The position numbers and the translations under genes are program-made. A stretch of DNA of 57,292 nucleotides, the filler included, from Platydemus manokwari (lineage: Eukaryota): assembly GCA_037951405.1 (NCBI GenBank). It is 5 parts of 5 records of this genome, joined end to end, with 100 filler letters (N's around TTAATTAATTAA, not from the genome) between each part and the next. Parts side by side here need not be neighbours in the genome. Positions count along the whole stretch, not along the records: positions 29,513 to 38,509 come from JBBMOY011316760.1; positions 38,610 to 47,420 come from JBBMOY011346316.1; positions 47,521 to 57,292 come from JBBMOY011206988.1; 2 more parts are not named here. One strand, written 5' to 3'. Each line of letters opens with the position of its first letter. Within the stretch, counting starts at the first letter, position 1. The notes under the pieces are model-generated. The model was not told where the DNA came from and ran no database searches. It worked only from the letters and a program-made list of their open reading frames with translations. Of the stretch, positions 35,725 to 47,745 are shown one piece after another.

Positions 35725-38483
35725 AATCAGGTCTCAAAAAAGACATCAATAGCAAAAGAAAGAACTATTAGATGAGAAAATCAGTGTGAAAAATAAATAT
35801 AAATTTCCGATTAAAATCATCAAGCAGAATTATAAATCTTAAACAAGTAAAGATCGATCCACATGATTTTTATTGATTCACACGAAATAACAATATAAAA
35901 TGAATGTTTTCTTTGATGGCATAAGTAATATTATATTGTCGATAATCGTTTTTATCTTTAAAATTCGAAATCGATTGTTATCTTGACAAAAAGTTTTTCT
36001 ATTCTTATTTCTTCTTTATTGAATTCGATTTGTAAACTAGAGCTTCATGTGACGATATTTTATTAATTGTAAACTTGATATATTTTCTTGACTAAATACA
36101 TCGCCTCACATTTTATTAAGTATGTAATATATTTGAGGACAGTAGGTTCGACGTTCTAGCCGATAACGATAATTTGAAATGTTAGCAAACCGGTTAGTTG
36201 ATGGTAGGCTATTGTTATTATCACTGGTTTAATAATGAACTACCGTGGCCCTTGATTGTACTGATATCCTTTTTAATTAATTTAATCAAGGAATGTTTTG
36301 GATTAGAGGATTTTAATTTTCTGTATATGCGAACTATATATATATATTAGAAGAAAAATGGTTAAAGATCCACATTACTGTCATTGGTTAGAAGGTTAGA
36401 CAACACTATTATATTTTATTAAAAATGAAAATTAGACAAGATTAATAATATTGCTGCATGTTTTGGATATCAATTAAATATTATGATCGAAGACAATTGG
36501 ATGAGACCTCCATTGGTAACCGTCAGATAGCACATACTTTGGATATTCAATCAGAAGCTCATAAATCAACACTATTTGATTGGGTTTCTATTATTAATTT
36601 CCAACTAGGAGAAAAGATTGACCATTTCAACACATCGATGACAATGACGAGATATGAAAATTTTTCAATCGAAGTCCTTGAACAGAGTTTAGGCTATTTA
36701 ACTAAATATGAAATTATAAGCAAGATAGTACCTAGGTAACATAGTCTCTAAAAACAAACCACACTTGCAGGAATTACAGTATCCCATGGTCAGCAGCGTT
36801 TCTCTTTTCATTTCCTCCTTTTTCGGATGCTCAGTCCACTTGTAATTTCACCTATTTGCGTTATATTTGTGATCGTGAATTTGATTCTCTTGTTTTATTG
36901 TAACATCTGAAGGTTATGTTTAATTTTACTGATGTTGTGATTTAATAATAAAAATTTCTAACAATAATATTTATTAAGAGTATCACCATAACAATAATTT
37001 TCTCCTATTATTCTGTAATGAATAATTACTGCAATCTTTTCTTTGATTCAATCTAACCGCCAGTCTTCTGAGAGAGATAAATTTCTAAATTAATCAATAG
37101 AACGCATTACAAATGCTGGTAATTGTAAAAACGATAAATTTGTGGTTTGTCCAGTAATTATTAGTGCTGAATTCTCATTATTATTTTACCTTTTTTCGGT
37201 TTTAAATTGATAGAGTCAAAATTTTAATGTAAACATTAATTACCTGTATGACCGGAAAATATAACCAATAAATAAATTAAGAATTTTGATAAATTAAAAA
37301 TTGGATATTGATTCACACTACTTGGTTTACATTCACGGAAAACTATATAAGAATTGCATTAAATGTTCGTGACTCAATTCTAACTAAAAATTGAGAAAAA
37401 GTAAAAATCTTGTATGTAAAAATTATATTATATTCTGAAGACTTATGATTTCCGGATTAATTTCGTTATAAAATTTTATAATTCAGTGTATTTATTTGTT
37501 ATAACTAAGCAACTAAGAACTGCGACTTGAATCAATTCTATTAATCAATTGAAAAGTGCTACTTATTTATCGAAGTTTTCTTAAAGTTGAAAATACTATT
37601 TACTAGCTATGTAAACAACGTTTTAATTACCATAGTTTGAATCTAGCAAAGAAATAAACAGATAGAATAACGAGTTAAGATTTAGACAACAATACTGTTT
37701 AATTATTTATTATAATTTCGTGAGTTGAATAAAGTTTATTACAGTCTAAACGAAAATAATGAAATCAACTAGACTATGACACTATAGTCTTTTCAACACA
37801 AAATCTACCAACTAAACATTGGGAGAAAAGAAATTTAAATTAAATTTTAATAGATTTCATTCACTTTGAATATAAAATTGTTAACATTTATGTTTGTGGA
37901 TAAGCACTTAAACACAGTACGACATAGGTCACATTCCTTGCTTAATATTTTAATTTTTAGCGAACAAATATCACATATTTACAATACTCTCAAATTGATA
38001 AACAATATACCATCTAATTTCAGCTGCTCTTTACTAGAAATTCTTACATCTTGAAAGATTTATGATATGTACTCGTTCTCTATCCATTAATTAATTATCA
38101 TTAACTTTTATTTTGTATCAATAGAAAATTCAAAAGACAATCTAATTGTCGAAATGTCACGGTTTCACAAAAATAATTGGTGACAATTTGAAATATTGTT
38201 TTCTTTTAATAAAAGGAAAACTTTTCGGTATCTTTAAGCAGTTTCCACTTTCGGAATTGTGATCAGAGAACTTAGTGATTAGTTTAATGAATAAATAATT
38301 TAATAATTCATTAAATATTTACCACAATATTGTGATATTCTTTGTGGTAGATGAGTTTATTTGACAGTCTGAGCAGGAGAAACTCGATTGGTGTTAAACT
38401 GAATTTATTACTTTTTATTAAAATTTTTCAATTTTTTTTGTAGAATTTACTAGCAAGGATTCGATATCACCACATTTCAGGTG

Positions 38484-38509
38484 ATAATAATAATAATAAT
38501 AATAATAAT
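38484..38509. repeat. (AAT)n microsatellite running into the gap
   Basis: Pure AAT run abutting the N spacer. Confidence 0.9.
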
Positions 38510-38609
38510 NNNNNNNNNNNNNNNNNNNNNNNNNNNNNNNNNNNNNNNNNNNNTTAATTAATTAANNNNNNNNNNNNNNNNNNNNNNNNNNNNNNNNNNN
38601 NNNNNNNNN
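38510..38609. other. Assembly spacer (N44-TTAATTAATTAA-N44)
   Basis: Same linker as the others. Confidence 0.97.
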
Positions 38610-38954
38610 AAACAATATTTTGGATAAAACAATTATTAACATTATCAAATCAGTTATATTTATGATATTTGATTAACAATTATACTCATCAAATATTTTT
38701 TTAATATGTTCGATAGCAGAGCGCTAAACCATTGAAAAACTAAAAATCTGTTTTAATAATTGCCATTAATTCCAACAACATCAGTTCAAACAAATATCAA
38801 ATAATAATCTTTCGAATATTTGATAACAAATAAAATCTATTTTATTACAAATATATTTTTACTGAAATGTTTCACAGAAATATTCTAAATTTAATGTTCA
38901 AGTTAATAAAATCGTCTCGTTAAAACAAATGTCAAATCATTTGATTATGAAACA

Positions 38955-39540
38955 TTAGCCATGATTAGTAATCAGAACTAATGAAACCAAAATGGCCGAG
39001 AACAACTCAATAATTGATATCTTAAGATTTAGTATACCGCCTTTTGTAGTTGTTACAGAACCAGTTGTCGAATTTGCTGGCGAGTCATTTGTCTTATTTC
39101 CCATAGAACCAATACCTTGTTTCATAGTTGTTGCAAGATCTTGTTTCGAAGTTGCTGTAAGATCTTGTTTCGAAGCTGCTGTAAGATCTTGTTTCTGTGT
39201 TGTTGGAGCATCATGTTTCAAAGTTGTTGGAACGCTTTCTAACGAATGGGATGCGTTATTACATAAACTCGTGTTGCAACATTTCAAAGGGCTACTACAT
39301 GTCGTATTAAGACACAGTCTAGAGTTTCCTGTAACATTTGTAGCACAGGTGAGACACGAATTAGTGTGAATGGATTGATTAAACGTTGCAGGACAATGAT
39401 CGCAAGTATAGCATTGAATTACCGCCGAAGCATTATTACACTGCAAAATAAACATAGTGATGACCTAATTACCAAAAAGAAAATTTTGTCTAGAAACTTA
39501 CTAAAGCAAAGAAGGATGCAATCAAAACAATCAACCACAT
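38955..39540 (-). CDS. Ly6/uPAR (three-finger, CD59-like) protein A, 174 aa: signal peptide, LU domain, Thr-rich repeat stalk, GPI-type tail
   Basis: Exon 1 39540-39502 (MWLIVLIASFFAL), 61-nt GTAAGT..GCAG intron, exon 2 39440-38955. Ten Cys, from QCYTCDHCP to KCCNTSLCN; hydrophobic C-terminus IIELFSAILVSLVLITNHG. Confidence 0.85.
39116..39235 (-). repeat. Five 24-bp coding tandem repeats (KQDLTAAS-type) in the Ly6-A stalk
   Basis: Plus-strand units resembling cttgtttcgaagttgctgtaagat at 39116, 39140, 39164, 39188 and 39212. Confidence 0.85.
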
Positions 39541-39594
39541 TTTTAATCGTTAAAGAAATCGATGAAATTGATTTATCAAATCAATGAATAGTTG

Positions 39595-39717
39595 CCAAAT
39601 ATTGAGATTATTTATAGTCGATTTTTTCAAATAGTCATGGATCATTGATGCTTCAACGATCATTTAACTTTAACTGAAAGGACACGTTAAATTTGACATT
39701 AAATGATGACAGTAATT
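39595..39717 (-). promoter_or_regulatory. Ly6-A promoter with TATA box (39616-39611), homologous to the Ly6-B promoter
   Basis: Minus strand reads ...ATCAATGATCCATGACTATTTGAAAAAATCGACTATAAATAATCTC...; aligns with 44381-44514. Confidence 0.7.
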
Positions 39718-40156
39718 TAAAAATAATTGTTGTCATGAATACCATTAGTGACGGCTAAACATTTGCCTTTTGAGTTTCAATCGATTCTTCATAATTTGTT
39801 TTGCAAAGTAATTTGATGAATTTGACTTTGAAAATTTGCTGTAGTGGGGAAATAATTCTTTTACACCGAAATCAAATCGTGACATTATTCGATTAAAAAT
39901 TAGATTCAAAGCCACCGTAAAAGCTTGATAAATTTTCATTCAGGAAAAATGATCAGTTATTCAGTTGGATAACATGATATGTTTAAACATCGAAAATACT
40001 ATTTTCACAAGAAATTCCTTCAAATCTATTTCAAAATTTGCAAAAATCAATAAGTTATCACAATTTAAGTTTAACTCATTTTTTTTATAATTTCTTTATT
40101 TTCAGATTTTCTTGACAAATAATAATAACCACTTTTGACTATTTTATATTTTAAAT

Positions 40157-41187
40157 CAGTGGTTTTCAACAAGGTTCCGCAGAACCTTAGGGTTCCACCA
40201 GTGTACTTCAGCGCTTCCGCAATTTCTAAATTTCTAAATTAGATGAACAAACCAATAAACAACACGTTAAATACGATGGTTGTCAAGAGGGGAAATGTTG
40301 TCTCGCTTTTAAGAATTAAGGGAAGAATTATTGACTTTCTGTTTGCAAGAAAATCTGAAAGACTTCTTAGAACGTGTTCGAAGTTGGCAGATCTCACCGG
40401 TACCTTTCATGAACTTAACCTCTTGAACAATATCATTCATGGCAGGAACGAAAATACTGACAAAATTAATGATTTTCAAAAGAAATTTACAATATGGAAG
40501 AAACACATACTTGAGGAAATTTGGGAATGTTTCCAAGTGTTTTAAAAAGGAATTTTCAAGAAATTTGGCTACTGATTGGATACTATGTGAACAAATCTTG
40601 AGAAGTATTTTCCGTCGATATCTGTTGACCAGTATTACTGCATTAGAAATCTATTTGTAGAATTTGAGCCACCTAAAGAACAGTTTAAATTAACAGAAGA
40701 AAAAGAACTTCTTAGTGTTCTAAATGACAGGACATTAAAGCTGAAGCATTTTGAGCTTAACCTGAATGCATTTTGATTATTGGTTGCAAAGGAATATCCT
40801 GCAGTTGCACATTAAGCGCTACGACTTCTTGTAGAAATTTCAACCTCATATTTGTGTGAATTTGGATTTACAGATCAGTCGACCATCAAACACAAGAAAC
40901 GAGCACCATTGCTGTCTGTGGAAGATGAACTTCGAGTGTGTCAAAATTACGACCGAATCTTAAAGAGTTGGTCATGAAACACCAGGCTCAAATTTCCCAC
41001 TGAGTTTTTGATAAGAATTAATTTAGTGTATTGAAACATGTACAATTTTGTTTTCATTTCATCAACAAACATGTACAATACTCTGAACATAAATGCATAA
41101 AACAATTAAATTATTGTACAGGGGTTCTTCGCGTCAGACGAATGTTTCCGTGATGTTCCTCTCCAGAAAAAAGGTTGAAAACCACTG
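40157..41187 (+). mobile_element. Internally deleted hAT transposon, Buster/Charlie (ZBED5/SCAND3-type) family, with both ends
   Basis: Perfect 14-bp TIR CAGTGGTTTTCAAC...GTTGAAAACCACTG. Degenerate 8-bp TSD ttTTAaat / ttCTAaac with central TA. Transposase remnants IRWLSRG (40271), KEYPAVA..STSYLCEFGF..EDELRVC and C-terminal QAQISH*, with several stops and frameshifts. Confidence 0.92.
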
Positions 41188-41449
41188 TTCTAAACTGAAT
41201 CGTGACATTATTTATTAAATTCCATCAGAAATTGAGATATATTAAATATTTAATTATAAGAATATTCATAATTTTTGCGGTATTTGAGTTGTGTCTGACC
41301 TCTTCATTAGTATCATTTATACAATCATTATCTTTTTTATGACAGTTTATATTAATTAGGATATTCTCGCATATGTATTTTATTAACATACGATTTACTT
41401 ATATTAAAAGAACTAATATGATCAAGATCAACATTACTACTAATTTTAG

Positions 41450-41730
41450 TGCATCAACATACTCCTCATGTCATACCCTTGTTTTTTAGCACTCTCCGCA
41501 TCTCCCGGTTTCCGATTCGATGGTTTCCTGGATTATTTCTTTCATTCCAAAGATCAAAAATATCAATAAATTATGTTTTGAAGTTTCCTCATTTTGATCA
41601 GGCGTTCAAGGATCTCAAACCTGCATTAATTAAACGAATGATAAGTTTTCCGGTTTATAGTGTTTGTGCCTTTGAAATGTCTAATGTAACATTTTACATT
41701 CTAAGGTTCATTAATAAAAACGTGTCCACT
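41450..41730 (-). mobile_element. Decayed LINE reverse transcriptase fragment
   Basis: Minus strand VTLDISKA...TIN (cf. LDISKAFDTIN) near 41690-41655, followed by an LLIF-like hydrophobic segment. Confidence 0.35.
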
Positions 41731-42354
41731 TCACTTTAAAAAAAAATCAAGAAAACAACACATCATGTTCCAATAAAGTAACTCAAATTGTATTTCACCT
41801 TTAACGAACACAAGCAAATAATTAAGATCATAATGCCATTGTTAAAATTATGTAACCAAAGAAATAAAAATTCAAATGTTCATGGACATCAAATAATAAA
41901 AAGATAATTAAAATCAATATTTTATATATCGCAAAACTGAAATTTTCAATATTTGAACCACTTTTTATGTAAAAGAAAAATAAAATTATAAACACCGCTG
42001 ACACGACAACCCATGGGTTGCTATAATAACTCATCTAGTTGTTATGACAATGTGATTAAAAATTGAAATAAAAATATACAATCATTCAGAAACTCTTCGG
42101 CACTGTGACGAGTCAAATATTAGTGGAATTGTTTAACAATACATCTACTCCACAGCTATCACCAAATTTCATCAATATTATCGAAAATACGCATAAAAAC
42201 TCAATATATTAAATTTTAAATGAAAAATATTGAAGAAGTTATCCAAACATTAAAAATAATTTTCTCAAAGGTGTTTAAAGAATGTGTGTTCTGATTTTAA
42301 AATAATATATTTATGTTCGAGAGAAATATTCTTGTTATATATTATAAAGTTAAT

Positions 42355-42625
42355 TATTGGTTTGGTGCATAAATTCGTGCGATTTTATTTGTGGCAAAGA
42401 AGACACACCAACTTCTTGTTTTAACTGATTTGAGATATATTCATTAAATCATTTTAGACTGACTTTCACTTTCATTAGCCTCATTAAAATGGAGTGTCAG
42501 GTAGATAAAAATGAGCATTTCCAGCATCTATCATTTCCCATTTTAATCAGGATTTAAACGTTGCAGAAACCAAAATAATGATTGGCGCTTTTATGGAGAA
42601 AAGGCAGTCAGTGAACGAACATCAC
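42355..42625 (+). mobile_element. 5' fragment of a mariner transposon (left TIR and N-terminal HTH)
   Basis: TA-TTGGTTTGGTGCATAAATTCGTGCG end. ATG at 42489 gives MECQVDKNEHFQHL..(frameshift)..FNQDLNVAETKIMIGAFYGEKAVSERT, typical of the mariner transposase first HTH. Confidence 0.8.
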
Positions 42626-44380
42626 AAATATTTATATCAAACATTCCGTATGTGTCAAATATTTTAATAAGTGAAAAGAAAACGATCTAGTATGACTTGA
42701 TTTTTGATAACTATTGATATTCGATACCACGCTTGACATGTATTGTAATTATAGGGCAAAAATTATAATTATAATTTTTCATTTCTCGATGTCGTCATTT
42801 ATCGCTATTAAACATTATTTCATCAAAGCCGAATTTTTATTATATGAGTTCAAAATGCTAGATAGATATTATGAAATTAATGAAAATTTGAGATTAAAAA
42901 GTGGGCATCAATTAAAATAATCTTCATTGTAAAACTAAAAATTCAACTTAAAAATTTTACTTCAAAGCAAAAATGCATATTTATGATGAATTTAATAAAT
43001 TATCTTTTGATTTGTGATTTATTTTCAGTAACGTGTTTTTTTATTGTTTTTTGATGATCGACATTTTAAGAGCACCGTTGGTGCTAATTGCTGTAGACGT
43101 ATGTAGGTCAATGCCAGTCAGTTAAGTTAATATTTCTTCTGTTAATTGGTCCCTCTTTGATAAATTTGTATAAAGAGAAATGAACCGAAACAATTATTAA
43201 ATAAAATGATTGACAAAAAAGTTAACTTTCTATTTTTGAATTTAAATTATAATTGGTTTTTAACATATATTTTTTATAATTATTAAAGAATATTTATTGT
43301 AATAATATATTAAGGACAATTTTGAATAAAAACTGTTTCATAATTTTGAGAATTTCCCAACGATGTCAAGCAAAGATTACACAAATATATTAATTATAAT
43401 TTTGATAAATAACTTCAATTAAAAACGAAAAGAAAGAATAGAATTATTAACTATATGAAGACAGAGTCAAGAAATCTCTTAATTATGAGTGATGGATAAA
43501 TGTTCTCAAATTTATTGATCATAAAATATATTGGTCGCAAATCATCTTTGATTTCAATTAATTTTCGTGAATTATCTTTTTAATTAAAAAATAATTAAGT
43601 TGTTTTGACCTAGAAAAGAGACTCTTAAATAATAAATAATCCAGTTTATCGATACACAAATAAAAGATCTAAATTGATTTTGCAGACTGAAAGCCGCTGC
43701 TGTTTTAAAAACCACATATTAAAAACGAATTGAAAACTCACGACACCGAATTAAGTACTTAAATACAGTTAATAAACAATTTAATATTATTTAAAATAAA
43801 ATTGTAATTAAATATTCAAAACTCTCACATAGACAATAAGTTGCAGATAAATATTCCCTTTGTACACACGAAATTATCCACAAATTAATCCCACTAGATA
43901 GCCAGTTAATTTATGGCTATAATTGTTGAAAAACCCCAGAAACTTGCCTTATGGAAGATTATGTTGCAAAGAAAATTATTTAACGATGAAACCTTTACAT
44001 TTTTACAAGTTGTTTTATTTAACATTTATTTCGATTTATTACTAAATGATTAAAACAACTTTTTATATTATTTACTCTTCATTATGATAATATTGTATCT
44101 GTAATTAGTGATAGCAAATTCCAAATTTAATTAATCTGCTTTAAAATCCAATAATTTTGAAAATTTTATCCTTAAAAGATATTTTTATTTTAATACTAAA
44201 AAATATAAAATAAATAAATATAAACTATCATAAAAATAAAAAAAGTTTAAACATTTTGAAATTTTAATAGTTATAATTAAACAAAAAAATTGAATAGTAT
44301 CCAAGTTTTTTAGCTTTCAAATTAAATTTGTGAGTTTCTCTGTCAATCAATTCCGCATTATTCTGTATTACCAATGAGTG

Positions 44381-44514
44381 AATTTACTACATCATCATTA
44401 TTGTCATGGTAAAAGTTGCAAAAACTGTTAATATAATTGTAAATGCTCATAGAAATATCAATCATCCATGATCATTAAAAACGAGATATAAATAATCTCC
44501 AAAATTTATCACTC
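44381..44514 (+). promoter_or_regulatory. Ly6-B promoter with TATA box (44487-44492)
   Basis: ...ATCAATCATCCATGATCATTAAAAACGAGATATAAATAATCTC...; homologous to the Ly6-A upstream region. Confidence 0.7.
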
Positions 44515-44541
44515 ACCCACTCCTTTTTCCAAATAATACAA

Positions 44542-45046
44542 ATGTGGTTGAATCTTTTGATTGTGTGCTCCTTGATTGCCGTGAGTTTTTAGAAAGACAT
44601 TATTGCAATTGATTATATTTATATTTTAGTGCTACAGTGGTTTTCGTTGTTACTCTTGCACCCATTGCCCGACAACACTCAATAGTGCAGTGAAAATCGA
44701 GTCTAGTTGTACTTCTTGCAGCATTCAACAAGATTCTTCATTTTTCAATAGACGCTGTCTTCATGAAAAATGCCATAATTCAACAACTACAAAATGTTGC
44801 TCGCTGGATTTGTGCAATGCTGAATTTAATATACTCACAACACATAATAATCCAATAACAACAACTCATGGTCCCGAAACTACCAAAATCCATAGTAGTC
44901 TAACGACAACTAGAACTGATTTTCCAATAACTACTACTCAGATTTCTCCAAAAATTGTCGGATGCAGTCACGATTTTCTGAAATCGTCTATTATCATGTT
45001 AAGCTCCGCAATCTTGATTTCACTAGTTCTGATTACCAAAATGTGA
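44542..45046 (+). CDS. Ly6/uPAR (three-finger, CD59-like) protein B, 151 aa: signal peptide, LU domain, Thr-rich stalk, GPI-type tail
   Basis: Exon 1 44542-44580 (MWLNLLIVCSLIA), 49-nt GTGAGT..TTAG intron, exon 2 44630-45046. Reads RCYSCTHCP...KCCSLDLCN (10 Cys); tail IIMLSSAILISLVLITKM. Same intron position as Ly6-A. Confidence 0.85.
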
Positions 45047-46504
45047 CTGATATTTTTTAAATAAAACAATCAAATTTGATAATTTGATATTTCTAATAAA
45101 TTGATGACAAATTATAATTATACATCTCGATGCGGTGGCTTACTTAATTGAAATTGATAAATTATTTTTGTTTAATACATTTTGATAGCAAAATATTATT
45201 GTGATTGAAAATATTACTAAAATTAGTGGCTATTCTTTATAAATATTAGAAATAAAACCATTAATAATCCAAACCGATAATTGAAACTTTATCTAATATT
45301 TGTTCTGATACTTTCACTCTTATCATTCAAATTTGTGATTTAATATCATTTAATAAGATTAATATTGAAATTATCTGATAATTCTCGATAAAAAATAATG
45401 CAAACATCTTTTCCCTTTTTAATTTTAGACCTTTTCATGCAAAATATTTCTTCCATCTAAATAGAATAAAAATTATTTTATTTTTAAGGCTACTAAGTTT
45501 CGTGTATTGGAGATTTTGATAGCCAAACAGCTTTGTAAACATGTTTCAAAGTTTCGCAAATACTTTATTTAAAATTATCAGTAGAAAATTGGGTTTATTA
45601 TTTGAAAATTAATAATATCAAACTTGTTTCGAATTTTTATCATGAAAATCTATTTATAATATTTTAGATTTTATAAAATTTCTTAAAAATAAGCTACAGT
45701 TAATAAATAAGTTACTGATATCAAATTTTAGAATTAGATCAAATAGGCCTATTTAATTTGGTTACACTGTCAATTTCAACACAGGACAGGCTTTACAGCT
45801 ACATATAGATCAACTATTATTTACATCAATAATTTTCTTAATTGTTTATTAAAGGCCAGTTAAAAATTGCCCCTAAAATATTGCATTGAAATTAGATCGC
45901 CTTAACTTTTCTTCTATATAGTAGTTTATGATTTCAAATTTTCATTGAAAGGGGGTAAATATCTAGAGAATATATAACGGTGCGTAACACACACATATGT
46001 ATATATACATATAACGTCAAATACATTATCGTTAAAAAATATCAATTGATATATTTGTGTTATTATCCAATTATTTGAATTCATTAAAAATAAAAATGTT
46101 AGCTTGTGAAATAATTCAATTTTTCCTTAGGTATCCGTATTATTGATAAATACACATCAGGAAAAATGTCACAATATGATTTAGATATATTGGTGCTGAA
46201 ATATTTTGATTTAGAATAATGAATTATTGTGGAACAATTATTTATTTATTTATTTATTTAATCTTGTTAATATTTATATTTGTTGAGTTTTATGCTACTC
46301 AAAAATTATGAGCTCTAATTTTATAGTCTGACTGACATCAATAAATCTTTTGTTTAAATGATGATATTTTGTATAGCCTATTTGAATCCGAAAGAATAGA
46401 AGATTGCAATTTGTATTTCATCAAATTGTGCTAATCAGGAGGTACACAAATGATTCTTAAAATCAACAAAAAACTCCACAAATTAATATACAACAACGAA
46501 ATAA

Positions 46505-46748
46505 AACTCAGCTTCCAAATGGCATTTGACCATCTTTACATCGATATTTATACTTGAGATGTGTGTGTAATTTGTGAATAACATTTTGATTTGACCTCTT
46601 ATTTCTCAAGTTCCAATTGTAATTTTTGATTTTGAGTCCCGGAGTTGGTCAATCCTTAAGTGTGTGTTATTGTGTGGCTGTCTCCCTTTTAAGTTAGATG
46701 TAACTGGTTGGTTGCCTTGCTTGTAAAGTTGTGTAGGCATGCAAATGC
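46505..46748 (-). repeat. Dispersed repeat, copy 2 (homologous to 31441-31710)
   Basis: Reverse complement of 46511-46547 is ATATCGATGTAAAGATGGTCAAATGCCATTTGGAAGC; further shared blocks extend to 46748. Confidence 0.75.
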
Positions 46749-47420
46749 TTAAAGTGCTAATATAAGCGTTTCAAAATACAAAATCGTTTTTCTTTTGTGA
46801 GATTTCATCTTTACTCAACAAACCATTTATACATAAATTTATTAGGATGAAATTCCAAATTATTATTTTAATATTAAAACACGAGAAGTATGGAAAACCC
46901 CTAAGTTACGGAGACACTGTAATTACCAAATATGTCAGATACTTTTGTTCTTGCAACAGCGATAGCTCCTTATATTATTACTTACACATTCTAACTTTAT
47001 ATTTATGCTTTGTACGCATCGCAAATTTCTTGACATGGCCACTTTTATATTAATTTTGGCACTTCCTTAATACTGAAACCTAAACAACAAATGTCCTAAA
47101 ATTCTTGCTATTTTTTGCCACTCGTAGTTGGATGAATATTAATAAAAAATTATTCCGAAATTCATTATTTGAATGTTTATACTATTGTTAGATTTCAAAA
47201 CAGCGAGAGAACCAAAAACTCGACAACTGTCATTCTAGTTTCCCGATTTCAAGGTAACTTTTGAATTTGTAATTCAGTAATTTATTTTTCGAAATTTCTA
47301 TATTTATTCTCGACTATCAAGTTATTTTATTTATTATTTTTTCCCATATACCAGGTTGAGTCAAAAGTTATTCATGTTTTTATGCAGGTATTTTATTAAC
47401 ACAAATTGTTATAACGCTGA

Positions 47421-47520
47421 NNNNNNNNNNNNNNNNNNNNNNNNNNNNNNNNNNNNNNNNNNNNTTAATTAATTAANNNNNNNNNNNNNNNNNNNNNNNN
47501 NNNNNNNNNNNNNNNNNNNN
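47421..47520. other. Assembly spacer (N44-TTAATTAATTAA-N44)
   Basis: Same linker as the others. Confidence 0.97.
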
Positions 47521-47745
47521 ATGACAACAATGATAGAAATAATAATAATTGTAAAAATGATAGTGATAACAATAATAATAATGATAATAATAATAACCAA
47601 AATAATAATGATGATTATTATAATAATGATAACAATCATAACAACAATAATAATAAAAATTCCAATAACAATAATGATAATAATAATAATAATAACGGTA
47701 ATAAGGATAATAATAATCATCATCATAATGATAGTAATAATGTTG
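47521..47745. repeat. Degenerate (AAT)n microsatellite
   Basis: AAT/GAT/AAC triplet run; a second degenerate tract lies at about 48470-48680. Confidence 0.9.

Noticed and set aside
36135-36170. GGTTCGAC B-box-like motif (tRNA or SINE?)
   Set aside because: No A-box or cloverleaf; no tRNA is supportable in the window.
36458-36739. 93-aa ORF with RQIAHTLDI, HTH-like
   Set aside because: Only a vague Tc1/mariner HTH resemblance; no DDE motifs, TIRs or splice support.
38992-39587. Plus-strand ORFs of 125 aa and 73 aa
   Set aside because: Antisense to the Ly6-A gene, which has the signal peptide, intron, Cys pattern and promoter.
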